The notes under the pieces are model-generated. The model did no database searches. It was not told the DNA's origin and saw only the letters and a program-made list of their open reading frames with translations. The position numbers and the translations under genes are program-made. A DNA stretch of 64,000 nt from Fimbriosthenelais zetlandica (Eukaryota), in the NCBI GenBank assembly GCA_977030845.1, contig OZ365110.1:39122001-39186000 (forward strand). Direction: 5' to 3'. The first letter of the stretch is position 1. Every line of letters begins with the position of its first letter. Shown one piece after another: positions 63,965 through 64,000 of this stretch.

Positions 63965-64000
63965 GTAAGAAACTCAAATTATACATTTGTACATGAACAA

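Noticed and set aside
1-64000. CRISPR arrays, operons, rRNA or tRNA genes, prokaryotic defence systems
   Set aside because: No regularly spaced repeat-spacer array or RNA gene was seen; the recognisable genes are spliced eukaryotic genes.

Overview
Eukaryotic invertebrate genomic DNA, most likely a lophotrochozoan and probably an annelid (inferred from the innexin and the SUEL-CUB receptor type, and from GT-AG introns with polypyrimidine tracts). There are no prokaryotic features. The window has two different halves. (1) From about 1 to 31.9 kb there is no intact gene, but many long, intron-less, protein-like reading frames lie on both strands, broken mostly by isolated stop codons. I could not assign them to any family and saw no RT, integrase, transposase or recombinase motif in the parts I translated by hand. 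The block looks like a fossil gene-dense element, for example an endogenous large DNA virus or a cargo-laden giant mobile element. It is the main candidate for novelty but is unproven. (2) From about 33 to 64 kb the sequence is ordinary host DNA with three spliced genes: a type-I membrane protein (signal peptide, SUEL lectin, CUB, sushi-like, TM, Pro-rich tail; +, 7 coding exons, about 535 aa), an innexin (-, 2 coding exons, 417 aa) and RANBP3 (+, at least 14 exons, running off the right end). Innexin and RANBP3 are head-to-head around a symmetric ETS/YY1 promoter that contains TCTCGCGAGA. Small items include a Kolobok-like TTAA MITE, microsatellites, poly-G tracts and short hairpins. All translations and coordinates were worked out by hand.
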